In this document: in pieces, positions 16,757-25,009 of the stretch
Layout of the letters: every line of letters starts with the position of its first letter
Position numbering within the stretch: the stretch's first letter is position 1
Source: Thermodesulfobacterium commune DSM 2178
Lineage (GTDB): Bacteria; Desulfobacterota; Thermodesulfobacteria; Thermodesulfobacteriales; Thermodesulfobacteriaceae
Direction of reading: 5' to 3'
NCBI RefSeq assembly: GCF_000734015.1
Contig: NZ_CP008796.1
Location: forward strand, 1,560,001 to 1,592,000
DNA: 32,000 bases
The notes under the pieces: model-generated
Told to the model about the DNA's origin: nothing
Seen by the model: only the letters and a program-made list of their open reading frames with translations
Database searches by the model: none
Made by a program: the position numbers and the translations under genes

Positions 16757-16803
16757 CTCAAAACCTCCCCTTTAATTTTTTTATAAATAACTTAAATCTC
16801 TTT

Positions 16804-16831
16804 TGTTAAAATTTTGTTAAATTTTTGTTAA
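16804..16831 (-). promoter_or_regulatory. three Pho-box-like direct repeats (TTAACA on the pstS coding strand) at exact 11-bp phasing, overlapping the pstS promoter
   Basis: The + strand has TGTTAA at 16804, 16815 and 16826. On the pstS strand the proximal TTAACA is followed by 18 nt and then TATAAA (16780-16785), and by the SD. TT(A/T/C)ACA repeats with ~11-bp periodicity are the Bacillus PhoP-type box. Confidence 0.5.
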
Positions 16832-17000
16832 TCTTTGGTTTAAACCTAAAAATTAGAAAATTTTTATGATTTAGACATCGACAAAAGGGTTTGAATGCTT
16901 TTTCTTGGTTCAATATATAAGTCAACATTCGAAATCTTCAACATAAACCTTTGACAGATGGGTTGACATATTTGTAAAAAATTTTATTGTTTATAACAAC

Positions 17001-17675
17001 ATGAAGAAGATCCTTATAGTAGAGGATGACAAAGACATAGCAAATCTTATTTCAGAGGCTCTGACTTCTCAAGGGTTTAAAACTTATTTGGTTAACTCTC
17101 TTGCCCAGGCTTATTCATTTTTAATTCAGTCTTCGGTAGATTTGGTTGTGCTTGACCTGATACTTCCAGATGGAGACGGTATAGAACTTCTGAAATATCT
17201 TAGGTTTTCCTCCAAATATTCTAACATTCCTGTGGTGATCGTATCAGCCAGGGGTGCAGAATTAGACCGGGTATTAGGGCTTGAGTTAGGGGCTGATGAT
17301 TATGTGGTTAAACCTTTTAGTTTGAGAGAGCTGGTTATTAGGATTAAAAAAATTTTAAAAACCAAAGATTCCCCTATTTCTCAGGTTAGGGTAGGTCCTT
17401 TACTTCTTGATAAAGAAAGAAAGACCATCTTTTTAGAAGATAATCCCTTAAACCTGACCCCAACAGAATACAAAATTTTAGAAGTTTTTATAGAAAACCC
17501 TGAAAAAGTATTTTCTAGAGAGGAGCTCTCTAATCATATCTGGGCTTTAGAAAGAGAATATTATTCGAGAGTACTGGATGCTTACATCTGCCGTCTAAGG
17601 GATAAACTTGGGGAATATGGAGAGTTAATAGAAACCGTAAGAGGGTTTGGATATAGACTAAAAAAACCTGCATAA
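17001..17675 (+). CDS. phoB: OmpR/PhoB-family response regulator
   Basis: The receiver domain has IVEDDKD, DLVVLDLILPDGDG and VKPF. The C-terminal wHTH has LTPTEYKILEVF and VRGFGYRL. The gene is divergent from pstS. Confidence 0.8.
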   Translation: MKKILIVEDDKDIANLISEALTSQGFKTYLVNSLAQAYSFLIQSSVDLVVLDLILPDGDGIELLKYLRFSSKYSNIPVVIVSARGAELDRVLGLELGADDYVVKPFSLRELVIRIKKILKTKDSPISQVRVGPLLLDKERKTIFLEDNPLNLTPTEYKILEVFIENPEKVFSREELSNHIWALEREYYSRVLDAYICRLRDKLGEYGELIETVRGFGYRLKKPA

Positions 17676-17677
17676 AT

Positions 17678-18709
17678 ATGGCGTTTGTTGTCGCATTTTC
17701 TATTTTGTTTAATATCTTCTTAGGTTTAATCCTATTCTGGTTGCTAAAAAAACTAAAAGAGACCAAACAAAAAGCAGAAGAGATTAGACAAAAGCAAGTT
17801 TTTTGGGAAGAAACTCTTTATCAGTTAGAAATCCCGGTTTTTATCGTAGACCAAACAGAAGAAATTTTTTGGCAAAACAAAATCTCTTTAAGCCTTTTTG
17901 GGGACTTGAGAGGAAAAAGATTTGCCACAGTCTTAGAAGAGATAAGAACAAAAAACTGGGAGGTGAAAACTTATTTATCAAGACAAGGAAAAAAGGTGTA
18001 TGTTTTTATAGATAACTCAGAAAAAGAAATGTTTAAAAAAAGTTATACCTTGGCCCTTTCCTATCTTTCTCATGAAATCAAGACGCCTTTTACCATTCTA
18101 CGGGGTTATGCAGAAAAACTGGAGGGTGAAATCCTTAGCTTAAATCAATATACTCAAATCCACGACTATTTTGTGACTTTTAAAAATGCCTTAGAACGTA
18201 TTGAGCGGTTGGTGTCTAAACTTTTTACCTCTCTTGAATATCTTGTGAAGGAACTTCCTTTAAAAAAAGAAAGGTTTGACTTAAGTTTAGCCTTAGAGGA
18301 TGTAATTTTCTGGATAAGGCCTCTTTGTGAAGATAAAAACATAAGTTTAGAGGTAGACCTTCCTGAAAGTGTTTGGATAGAGGGAGACAAAGACTGGCTT
18401 ATGCAAGCCTTTTTGAATCCCTTAGAAAATGCCGTAAAGTTTACCCCTAAGAACGGCAAAATAACAGTTAAGGCCTATACAAGAGAAAATCAAATGATAA
18501 ACATCCTCATAAAAGATGAAGGCCCTGGAGTGAACCCCAAGGACCTTCCTTTTTTAGGAATGCCTTTTTTTAAGTCAAGCGCTGACAAAGGGTTGGGGTT
18601 TGGACTTTTTATCACCAAAAAAGTAGTAGAGGCTCATAATGGTAAAGTCAAGTTTAGTTTGCCTCTGCAAGGAGGACTTGAAGTTTTGATAGAGCTTCCG
18701 ATGTCTTAA
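17678..18709 (+). CDS. phoR: PhoR-like sensor histidine kinase
   Basis: One N-terminal TM helix, H-box LSHEIKTPFT, N-box NPLENAVKFTP, G1 DEGPGV and G2 GLGFGL. The start lies 2 nt after the regulator stop. Confidence 0.75.
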   Translation: MAFVVAFSILFNIFLGLILFWLLKKLKETKQKAEEIRQKQVFWEETLYQLEIPVFIVDQTEEIFWQNKISLSLFGDLRGKRFATVLEEIRTKNWEVKTYLSRQGKKVYVFIDNSEKEMFKKSYTLALSYLSHEIKTPFTILRGYAEKLEGEILSLNQYTQIHDYFVTFKNALERIERLVSKLFTSLEYLVKELPLKKERFDLSLALEDVIFWIRPLCEDKNISLEVDLPESVWIEGDKDWLMQAFLNPLENAVKFTPKNGKITVKAYTRENQMINILIKDEGPGVNPKDLPFLGMPFFKSSADKGLGFGLFITKKVVEAHNGKVKFSLPLQGGLEVLIELPMS

Positions 18710-18787
18710 GGATTTGATGGCTTAAAGATTAAATTAAAAAACTAAAACTGGTTGCATTTTAGATCTGACTGTTTAAAATAGACTATC

Positions 18788-19040
18788 GGGTTGAGGTTGT
18801 GGAAGAGGGGTGAAAATCCCCCGCTGCCCCGCAGCCGTGACCGGGGACGAAAGCCGCTTGGAGGTCTACCTGACCTCTGGGGAAGGAGGTCCCAAGTAGG
18901 GATTTCCCGAAAAGAGGCTTCCTTCCTTGGGCTAAAGGCTTGATATAAACAGCCTTTAGCCGACAGACCACTGGTGCCGAAAGACACTGGGAAGGTGCGG
19001 CAAGTAGGTTGATCCGGAAGCCGGAAGACCACCTCAACCC
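18788..19040 (+). promoter_or_regulatory. cobalamin (B12) riboswitch
   Basis: Conserved core GGAAGAGGGGTGAAAATCCCCCGCTGCCCCGCAGCCGTGA, and a B12-box-like AAGCCGGAAGACCACC at 19018-19033. A closing helix pairs GGGTTGAGGT (18788-18797) with ACCTCAACCC (19031-19040). The element is a GC-rich island in AT-rich DNA, directly upstream of a TonB-dependent receptor. Confidence 0.85.
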
Positions 19041-19093
19041 TAAAAAACCCGAGGGGGTGAGGTCATGGGAAAAAGTTTCTTTGTAACCTTAGC

Positions 19094-20914
19094 TTGTCTT
19101 TAATCTTAGGACTTGCAGCCTCTACTGGTTTTTGTGCAGAAAACAGTCAAGCAGTCCCAGAGGTAGTGGTATCAGCAGACAGGATCGAGGAGCCACTAAA
19201 AGAAACTACAGCCAAAGTGACGGTTATCACTAAAGAAGAATTAGAAAAGAAAAACTTTATGTTTGTTGGTGATGTCTTACGAAGTCTTCCTCAAATATAC
19301 CTAACAGCATACGGAGGACCTGGACAGACAGCAGGGGCTCTTCTTTCAAGAGGAACAAAATCAGCCCATACCTTAGTTTTGATAGATGGCTTTAAGGTAA
19401 ACGACCCATCTTCAGGGATGTTTGATTTTGGTAGTTTATCTGTTGATGACATAGAAAGGATCGAAATCATAGAAGGCCCTCAAAGCACTCTTTATGGGTC
19501 TGAAGCTGTAGGTGGGGTGATAAACATCATAACCAAGAAGGGAAAGGGAAAACCTAAGGCAGGACTCTTAGTTGCAGGAGGGTCTTATGGAACCTCTAAA
19601 ACCTCTTTTGAACTCTCAGGAGAAGCTAAAATTATCGATTTCAGAATAAATGCCTTACATTATTATACCGAAGGTTTTTCTGCTAAGAATGAAAAAGAAA
19701 ATGAAAAGGACAGCTTTAAGAACACTTCCTTTTCTTCTAAAATAGGATTTAATCTTCATCCCAAAGTAAGACTTGAATTTTTAGGAAGTTATAACTACGG
19801 AAGAGTGGAATACGATGATTATAATGATAAAGAAGCTGTTAAAAAATCTCACAGCTATTTGGTAGGAGCAAAGCTTGATCTGTCTTTCTTGGATAACTAT
19901 AAGCAAACCTTTTCGTTTTATAAAAATAACTATCAGAGAAAAGACTATACACCTAAGGGCTGGTTTACTTATACTCGGTATAATCCTTCTACAGAGGGTT
20001 TTTCCTGGGAAAATCTTTTGAACTTAAACAAAGCTTATTCTATTGTCTTTGGTTTAGACTTTAAGAGAGAAAAAGTAGAAAGTTATTATGAGAGTAGTTT
20101 TTCTAATGATTTTTACGATAAAAAAAGAGAACATTTAGGGGTATTTTTAAATAACAAAGTTTCTCTCTTAAATGATACGCTGATTTTAAACGCAGGATTA
20201 AGGCATGATGATTACAAAAACTTTGGTGAGAAAACTACCTACAGGATAGGTTTTAGGTACTTAATCCCAAAGGTAAACTTGGTTTTAAAGGGAAATTACG
20301 GTACTGCCTTTAGAGTGCCGACTTTTGATGATCTTTTTTATCCTGGTTATAATAATTCTAATCTTAAACCAGAGGAGTCTAAGGGATGGGACCTTTACCT
20401 GGAAAAAGATCTTTTACAAGAAAGGTTGGTTTTGGGAGCAGGTATGTTTTATCAAAAGTATAAAGACCTAATACAGTTTAATTTGGAAACTTGGAAACCT
20501 CAAAATGTTGGTAAGGCTGTGATTAAAGGGGCTGAGGCTAATCTGAGTTTTAAACTTACTCAAAACCTGAGGTTAAAGGCTAATTATACTTACTTAGACT
20601 CAGAAGATAGAGACAAAGACAAGTATCTTACTTATAAACCTTTCCACAAGGTAAGAGCTACCTTAGAATATTCCCTGAAAAAACTTGCTTTTTTAGCTGA
20701 CTACACATATACAGGCAAAAGATTTGCTAACGTTGATAACTCCAAAAGGCTAAAACCCTACTCTTTGGTAAACCTTTCTGCCAACTACTATGTATCCTCA
20801 AATTTAAAAGTTTATCTTAAAATAGATAACCTGTTAAACGCTAACTACGAAGAGACAAAAGGTTATAACACCCCTGACAGGTCTTTTTATGCAGGAATAA
20901 GTTTTAGCTATTAA
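19094..20914 (+). CDS. btuB: TonB-dependent outer-membrane receptor, probable cobalamin receptor; 5' end problematic
   Basis: TonB box PEVVVSADR, plug motifs (RIEIIEGPQSTLYGSEAVGGVINIITK), a beta-barrel ending AGISFSY, and the B12 riboswitch upstream. The TTG at 19094 has no SD. The SD-led ATG at 19065 is in another frame (see findings). Confidence 0.8.
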   Translation: MSLILGLAASTGFCAENSQAVPEVVVSADRIEEPLKETTAKVTVITKEELEKKNFMFVGDVLRSLPQIYLTAYGGPGQTAGALLSRGTKSAHTLVLIDGFKVNDPSSGMFDFGSLSVDDIERIEIIEGPQSTLYGSEAVGGVINIITKKGKGKPKAGLLVAGGSYGTSKTSFELSGEAKIIDFRINALHYYTEGFSAKNEKENEKDSFKNTSFSSKIGFNLHPKVRLEFLGSYNYGRVEYDDYNDKEAVKKSHSYLVGAKLDLSFLDNYKQTFSFYKNNYQRKDYTPKGWFTYTRYNPSTEGFSWENLLNLNKAYSIVFGLDFKREKVESYYESSFSNDFYDKKREHLGVFLNNKVSLLNDTLILNAGLRHDDYKNFGEKTTYRIGFRYLIPKVNLVLKGNYGTAFRVPTFDDLFYPGYNNSNLKPEESKGWDLYLEKDLLQERLVLGAGMFYQKYKDLIQFNLETWKPQNVGKAVIKGAEANLSFKLTQNLRLKANYTYLDSEDRDKDKYLTYKPFHKVRATLEYSLKKLAFLADYTYTGKRFANVDNSKRLKPYSLVNLSANYYVSSNLKVYLKIDNLLNANYEETKGYNTPDRSFYAGISFSY

Positions 20915-20928
20915 GTTATAAGTTTTAA

Positions 20929-20956
20929 GGGCAACCAACTGGTTGGTTGCCCTTTC
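20929..20956 (+). terminator. Rho-independent terminator after btuB
   Basis: GGGCAACCAA-CTGG-TTGGTTGCCC followed by TTTCTGTGG. It begins 15 nt after the stop. Confidence 0.7.
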
Positions 20957-21020
20957 TGTGGTTTGTGATAAAAATTAAAATTAATTGGCTTTTAAAACAA
21001 GTTTTAAAAAACTTGGATAA

Positions 21021-21863
21021 ATGATGGAAAAACCTAAGGGAATACTTTATGTAGTTGGAGTGCCGATAGGGAACCTTGGAGACATTACCCTTAGGGCTTT
21101 AGAGGTATTAAAAAATACAGAAATCATCGTTTCTGAAGATACAAGGTCTATAAGAAAACTTCTTACCCATTATGGATGTGGACCTAAAAAACTCATAAGT
21201 CTTTATAAGGACGTAGAGGTTGAAAGAACCCATAAGGTGTTAAAGCTTTTAGAAGAAGGGAAAGAAGTTGTCCTTACCAGTGAAGCAGGTTGTCCTTTGA
21301 TTTCAGACCCAGGGGCTTATTTGGTTAGAGAAGCCCATAGAAGGGGGATTAAGATAGTTCCTGTGCCTGGTGTTTCTGCCCTTACCTGTGCCCTTAGTGC
21401 CTCAGGGGTTGACCTGAGTTCTGGTTTCATCTTTTTAGGATTTTTACCCAGAAAAAAGACAGAGCAAAAAAAAGTTTTGGAAAACTTGCCAGAAAATTTT
21501 CCTCTCATCATCTTTGAAAGCCCGCACAGGATGGAGAAAACCGCTAAAAATCTACTTGAAATCCTTGGAAATCGTGAATGTTTTTTAGCAAGAGAACTAA
21601 CCAAATTTCATGAAGAGCTTACCTGGACAGATCTGCAAACCTTAGCTAACAGAGAGAAGTTTTTAGGTGAAATCACCCTTATAATTCTACCTCAACCTAA
21701 AACAGAAGAAAAACCGTTAGTTAAGAAAAAGCTTGCTGGTATAAAAAAAAGGATAAAGGAACTTAAAAAAGAAGGGCTAAAACCTAAGGAAATGGCTAAA
21801 ATAATCGCTGAAGAATATAACATACCTGTAAAAGAGGTTTATCAGCTTATTGCCGAGGGTTGA
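21021..21863 (+). CDS. rsmI: 16S rRNA (cytidine1402-2'-O)-methyltransferase RsmI
   Basis: The N-terminus GILYVVGVPIGNLGDITLRALEVLK, with EDTR and SDPG motifs, indicates the tetrapyrrole-methylase fold typical of RsmI. Confidence 0.85.
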   Translation: MMEKPKGILYVVGVPIGNLGDITLRALEVLKNTEIIVSEDTRSIRKLLTHYGCGPKKLISLYKDVEVERTHKVLKLLEEGKEVVLTSEAGCPLISDPGAYLVREAHRRGIKIVPVPGVSALTCALSASGVDLSSGFIFLGFLPRKKTEQKKVLENLPENFPLIIFESPHRMEKTAKNLLEILGNRECFLARELTKFHEELTWTDLQTLANREKFLGEITLIILPQPKTEEKPLVKKKLAGIKKRIKELKKEGLKPKEMAKIIAEEYNIPVKEVYQLIAEG

Positions 21864-22950
21864 TTACCCTTTCAGGATGGGCTTGTAAAAAGGCTTCCAC
21901 CTCTTTAAAAAACTCATCAAGTAAGGTTTTTTCAGGCACTTTTTTAACGATTTTACCTTCTCTAAAAATCACCCCTACCCCTTTACCTCCGGCAATACCT
22001 ACATCAGCCATCTTAGCCTCACCTGGACCGTTAACCACACAACCCATCACAGCAAGCTTTATATCTGCCTTAACCTTTTTAGCCCAAGTTTCTACCTTTT
22101 GGTAAAGCGAAGAGAGGTCTATCTCACACCTTCCACAGGTAGGACAGGCGATTATTTCAGGATGAAGGGCCCTAAGCCCTAAGTTTCTAAGTATTTCGTA
22201 AGCCACGTAAACCTCTTCCGTAGGGTCGCCTGTTAAGGAAACCCTCAAGGTATCTCCGATACCTCTTAGCAAAAGGTAAGAGATGGCCATCGTGTTTTTT
22301 ATGGTCCCTGGAATAAGGCCCCCTGCCTCTGTAACCCCTACATGCAAAGGAAAATCAGATTTTTTTGAAAAAGCAAGGTAAGCTTTGACTGTTTCCCACC
22401 AGTTAGAGGACTTAAGCGACACCTTAAGGTTGTAATAGTCTATTTTTTCTACCACGTATTCTACCCATCTTAAGGCACTTTCTACCATCGCACGATAAGA
22501 AGGTGTTTTGTATTTTTTTAAAATCTCTGGCTCAAGAGAACCGGCGTTGATCCCTATCCTTACACAACAGTTATAATCTTTACAAACCTTAAGTAACCTT
22601 TCTAAGTTAGCCTTGTTTTTAAAAGTCCCTGGGTTTATCCTTATACCTGCACATCCTGCCTTGACAGCCTTTTCCCCTAAAGAGGTAGCAAAATGAAGGT
22701 CAGCGATCACAGGAATAGGACTTTCTTTCACCACATCTTTTAAGGCATTAACGGCTTTTTCATCAGGGATAGCTACCCTTACGATTTCGCAACCTGCTTC
22801 AACGAGTTTCTGGATTTGAGAAAGTGTGGCAGAAAGGTCTGTGGTAGAGGTATTGGTCATACTTTGAACCCTTATAGGGCTATCTCCACCTACAGAAACG
22901 TTCCCTACCCAGACTTTACGTGTGGGTCTTCTTTTGATCTTGGGATACAT
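21847..22950 (-). CDS. ispG: 4-hydroxy-3-methylbut-2-en-1-yl diphosphate synthase IspG (GcpE)
   Basis: The N-terminal TIM-barrel region has VGGDSPIRVQSMTNT. The C-terminal cluster ligands are CPTCGRC and GCVVNGPGE. Its 3' end overlaps rsmI by 17 nt in a convergent arrangement. Confidence 0.95.
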   Translation of the reverse strand: MYPKIKRRPTRKVWVGNVSVGGDSPIRVQSMTNTSTTDLSATLSQIQKLVEAGCEIVRVAIPDEKAVNALKDVVKESPIPVIADLHFATSLGEKAVKAGCAGIRINPGTFKNKANLERLLKVCKDYNCCVRIGINAGSLEPEILKKYKTPSYRAMVESALRWVEYVVEKIDYYNLKVSLKSSNWWETVKAYLAFSKKSDFPLHVGVTEAGGLIPGTIKNTMAISYLLLRGIGDTLRVSLTGDPTEEVYVAYEILRNLGLRALHPEIIACPTCGRCEIDLSSLYQKVETWAKKVKADIKLAVMGCVVNGPGEAKMADVGIAGGKGVGVIFREGKIVKKVPEKTLLDEFFKEVEAFLQAHPERVINPRQ

Positions 22951-22951
22951 G

Positions 22952-23764
22952 TTAAAAGGGTTTGACCTTTTTAACTGCTGGGCTTTCCTTCCTTCTTTTT
23001 ATCAGGTTTTCTCCAAAAAGAACTGTCTTAAGCCACTTAAACCCAAATTGAAGGAGTTTTAGGTCATCTTCCTTGATTTCTTCTAAGGTTTTCTCATCCA
23101 CCTCAAACATATCTAAAAACTTACTTTCAAAAACAAAACTTCTAAACCGCTCTGGGTTGGTGCTTACCATAAAAAATAACTGAATACTTTTTTCTGGGAC
23201 AGAAATAGGCCCAAGAGATTCTTTTTTCATGATGATTTCTGCCCATTCTACGATAGGTTTTTCAAGCTCAGGAATGCCCTGAGATTCTCTGTATTCATCC
23301 ACAGTCATCTCTTCCCCAGAGTCAAGGCCTTGACAAAAACCTTCTTTCACCAGGTAATAGATTTCTTCGTTTCTTCTTTCGTCTTTGTTGCGGAAAAGCC
23401 CAAAACCTAAGGGATAATAGCGACAAGCAAGAGGCCTTACCTCATAGATGTTGCATCCCCCGTCTCCTAAAAAAGGACAGGTTTTTTCTTCGTTTTCACT
23501 CATCTTTAGCCTTGCGATAGGAAGCCCAGATTTAGGAAGGATAAAGGGCTCTGTATATTGAAGTAAAAATTCATCTGTGGTAAGCCCAAGTTTATCTCTA
23601 ATCCTTATAATATCATAGGGGGTAAGTGGTAAAAAAAGGTCAGAACAACAGAGTTTAAAACAAGGAACTCCAGGGTTACATTGAAAGACGAATTTGGATT
23701 TCCCTGTAAGTCTAACAGGAACAAGGATTTTATCTAACCCTCTTAAGTTTTGTAAGGCCTCCAT
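22952..23764 (-). CDS. YkgJ-family (CxxCxxCC-type) zinc/iron-sulfur cluster protein
   Basis: The first cysteine block is CNPGVPCFKLCC. The second is CPFLGDGGCNIYEVRPLACRYYP, which is the YkgJ hallmark. SD AGAGGAG. The stop abuts the ispG start. Confidence 0.7.
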   Translation of the reverse strand: MEALQNLRGLDKILVPVRLTGKSKFVFQCNPGVPCFKLCCSDLFLPLTPYDIIRIRDKLGLTTDEFLLQYTEPFILPKSGLPIARLKMSENEEKTCPFLGDGGCNIYEVRPLACRYYPLGFGLFRNKDERRNEEIYYLVKEGFCQGLDSGEEMTVDEYRESQGIPELEKPIVEWAEIIMKKESLGPISVPEKSIQLFFMVSTNPERFRSFVFESKFLDMFEVDEKTLEEIKEDDLKLLQFGFKWLKTVLFGENLIKRRKESPAVKKVKPF

Positions 23765-23820
23765 CGGTAAACTCCTCTCTATTGAAATTTGTTAGACACC
23801 TAAGGTAATTTTAAAAAAAG

Positions 23821-23892
23821 AGCCGGCGGAGGGTTTCGAACCCTCGACCTGTGGATTACGAATCCACTGCTCTACCGCTGAGCTACGCCGGC
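23821..23892 (-). tRNA. tRNA-Thr (anticodon CGU), no encoded CCA
   Basis: The reverse complement reads GCCGGCG-UA-GCUC-AGCGGUA-GAGC-A-GUGGA-UUCGUAA-UCCAC-AGGUC-GAGGG-UUCGAAA-CCCUC-CGCCGGC-U, a clean cloverleaf. Confidence 0.9.
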
Positions 23893-24034
23893 ATTTTAAA
23901 AATTAGGGTTAAGTATAATTCTACTACCTTTTTATATTTTTCAAAGATTTTTTAGTTTGAGTTTAGTTGATTTTCTTAGTAAACAATTTATATTTAAAAA
24001 GTCGAAGCAACATGAAAATTCTAGGAGGGTAGGG

Positions 24035-25009
24035 ATGAAGCTTACACGAAGACAGTTTTTTGAATTGGGAGGTTGTTTACTTGGGGCAGCAATCATACCT
24101 CGTGAGTCCTATGCCAACACTAAAAAATATGCTACCTTTATCGACATAACCAGATGTGATGGCTGCCAGGGAGAAGAAATCCCTCTTTGTGTCAAAGCCT
24201 GTAGAGAAGAAAATAAAGAAAGGTTTCCTAATCCCAAAAAACCAATTTTACCTTACTGGCCTCGTAAAAATTACGAAGACTGGTCGGATAAAAAAGAGCT
24301 AATAACCACCCTTACCCCTTACAACTGGATTTTTGTACAAAAAGTAGAGGTAGAAGGCAAAACTCTTTACCTTCCAAGACGATGTATGCACTGCGATTCT
24401 CCTCCATGTGTAAAAGGATGCCCTTTTGGAGCATTAACCAGACAGCCTGAAGGTAACAGCGTAATCGACCACAACCTTTGCTTTGGTGGAGCAAAATGTA
24501 GAGATGTATGTCCTTGGCATATCCCTCAACGTCAGGCAGGGGTTGGGCTTTATCTTAAACTTCTTCCCAAGTATGCTGGGGGAGGTGTGATGTATAAATG
24601 TGATCTTTGTGATAGCAGGATTAAAAAAGGGGAAATCCCAGCTTGTGTCATAGCCTGTAAAAATCAGGTCTTTTATTTTGGAGAAAGAAAAGAAGTATAT
24701 CAGATGGCCTACGAAAGAGCTAAAAAAGAAGGGTTATATATCTATGGTGATAAACAAAACGGAGGCACTTCAACGTTATATCTTTCTCCTGTCCCTTTTG
24801 AAAGGATAGACCAATATCTTGTTCAAACCAAAGCAAGGTTCCGGATGCCTGTAAACATACCTAACAGATATCATCAAGAAATTAATCCTATAGGCAAAGG
24901 GATGGTAGCTACTGCCGTGCTTTCCTCTTTAGCTGGCATAGCTGGGGCTTTGATAAATAGATCACAGGATGATTCTAAGCAAAAGGAGGTAGATAGAGAT
25001 GAAGAATAG
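24035..25009 (+). CDS. Tat-exported 4x[4Fe-4S] ferredoxin-type subunit (HybA/DmsB/FdnH-like) with C-terminal membrane anchor
   Basis: Twin-arginine signal MKLTRRQFFELGGCLLGAAIIPRESYA with SD GGAGGG. Four Cys clusters: CDGCQG..C..AC, CMHCDSPPCVKGCP, CFGGAKCRDVCP and CDLCDSRIKKGEIPACVIAC. The C-terminal TM is MVATAVLSSLAGIAGALI. The ORF-track TTG start at 23957 is rejected. Confidence 0.75.
   Translation: MKLTRRQFFELGGCLLGAAIIPRESYANTKKYATFIDITRCDGCQGEEIPLCVKACREENKERFPNPKKPILPYWPRKNYEDWSDKKELITTLTPYNWIFVQKVEVEGKTLYLPRRCMHCDSPPCVKGCPFGALTRQPEGNSVIDHNLCFGGAKCRDVCPWHIPQRQAGVGLYLKLLPKYAGGGVMYKCDLCDSRIKKGEIPACVIACKNQVFYFGERKEVYQMAYERAKKEGLYIYGDKQNGGTSTLYLSPVPFERIDQYLVQTKARFRMPVNIPNRYHQEINPIGKGMVATAVLSSLAGIAGALINRSQDDSKQKEVDRDEE

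Noticed and set aside
18742-19037. Two overlapping - strand ORFs (96 and 84 aa) from the ORF track
   Set aside because: They lie antisense to the GC-rich cobalamin riboswitch. The open frames are a by-product of GC-rich structured RNA, the products are low-complexity Arg/Pro/Ser/Gly-rich, and there is no SD.
19065-19075. Programmed -1 ribosomal frameshift at atG GGA AAA in the btuB start region
   Set aside because: The heptamer is formally slippery, but it sits two codons after the start with no obvious downstream stimulatory structure. A 1-nt homopolymer indel or error is the simpler explanation, so it is kept only as an alternative inside the btuB finding.
23957-24034. TTG-initiated 26-codon extension of the FeS protein ORF
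   Set aside because: It has no SD. The internal ATG at 24035 has GGAGGG upstream and starts a canonical twin-arginine signal, which must be N-terminal.
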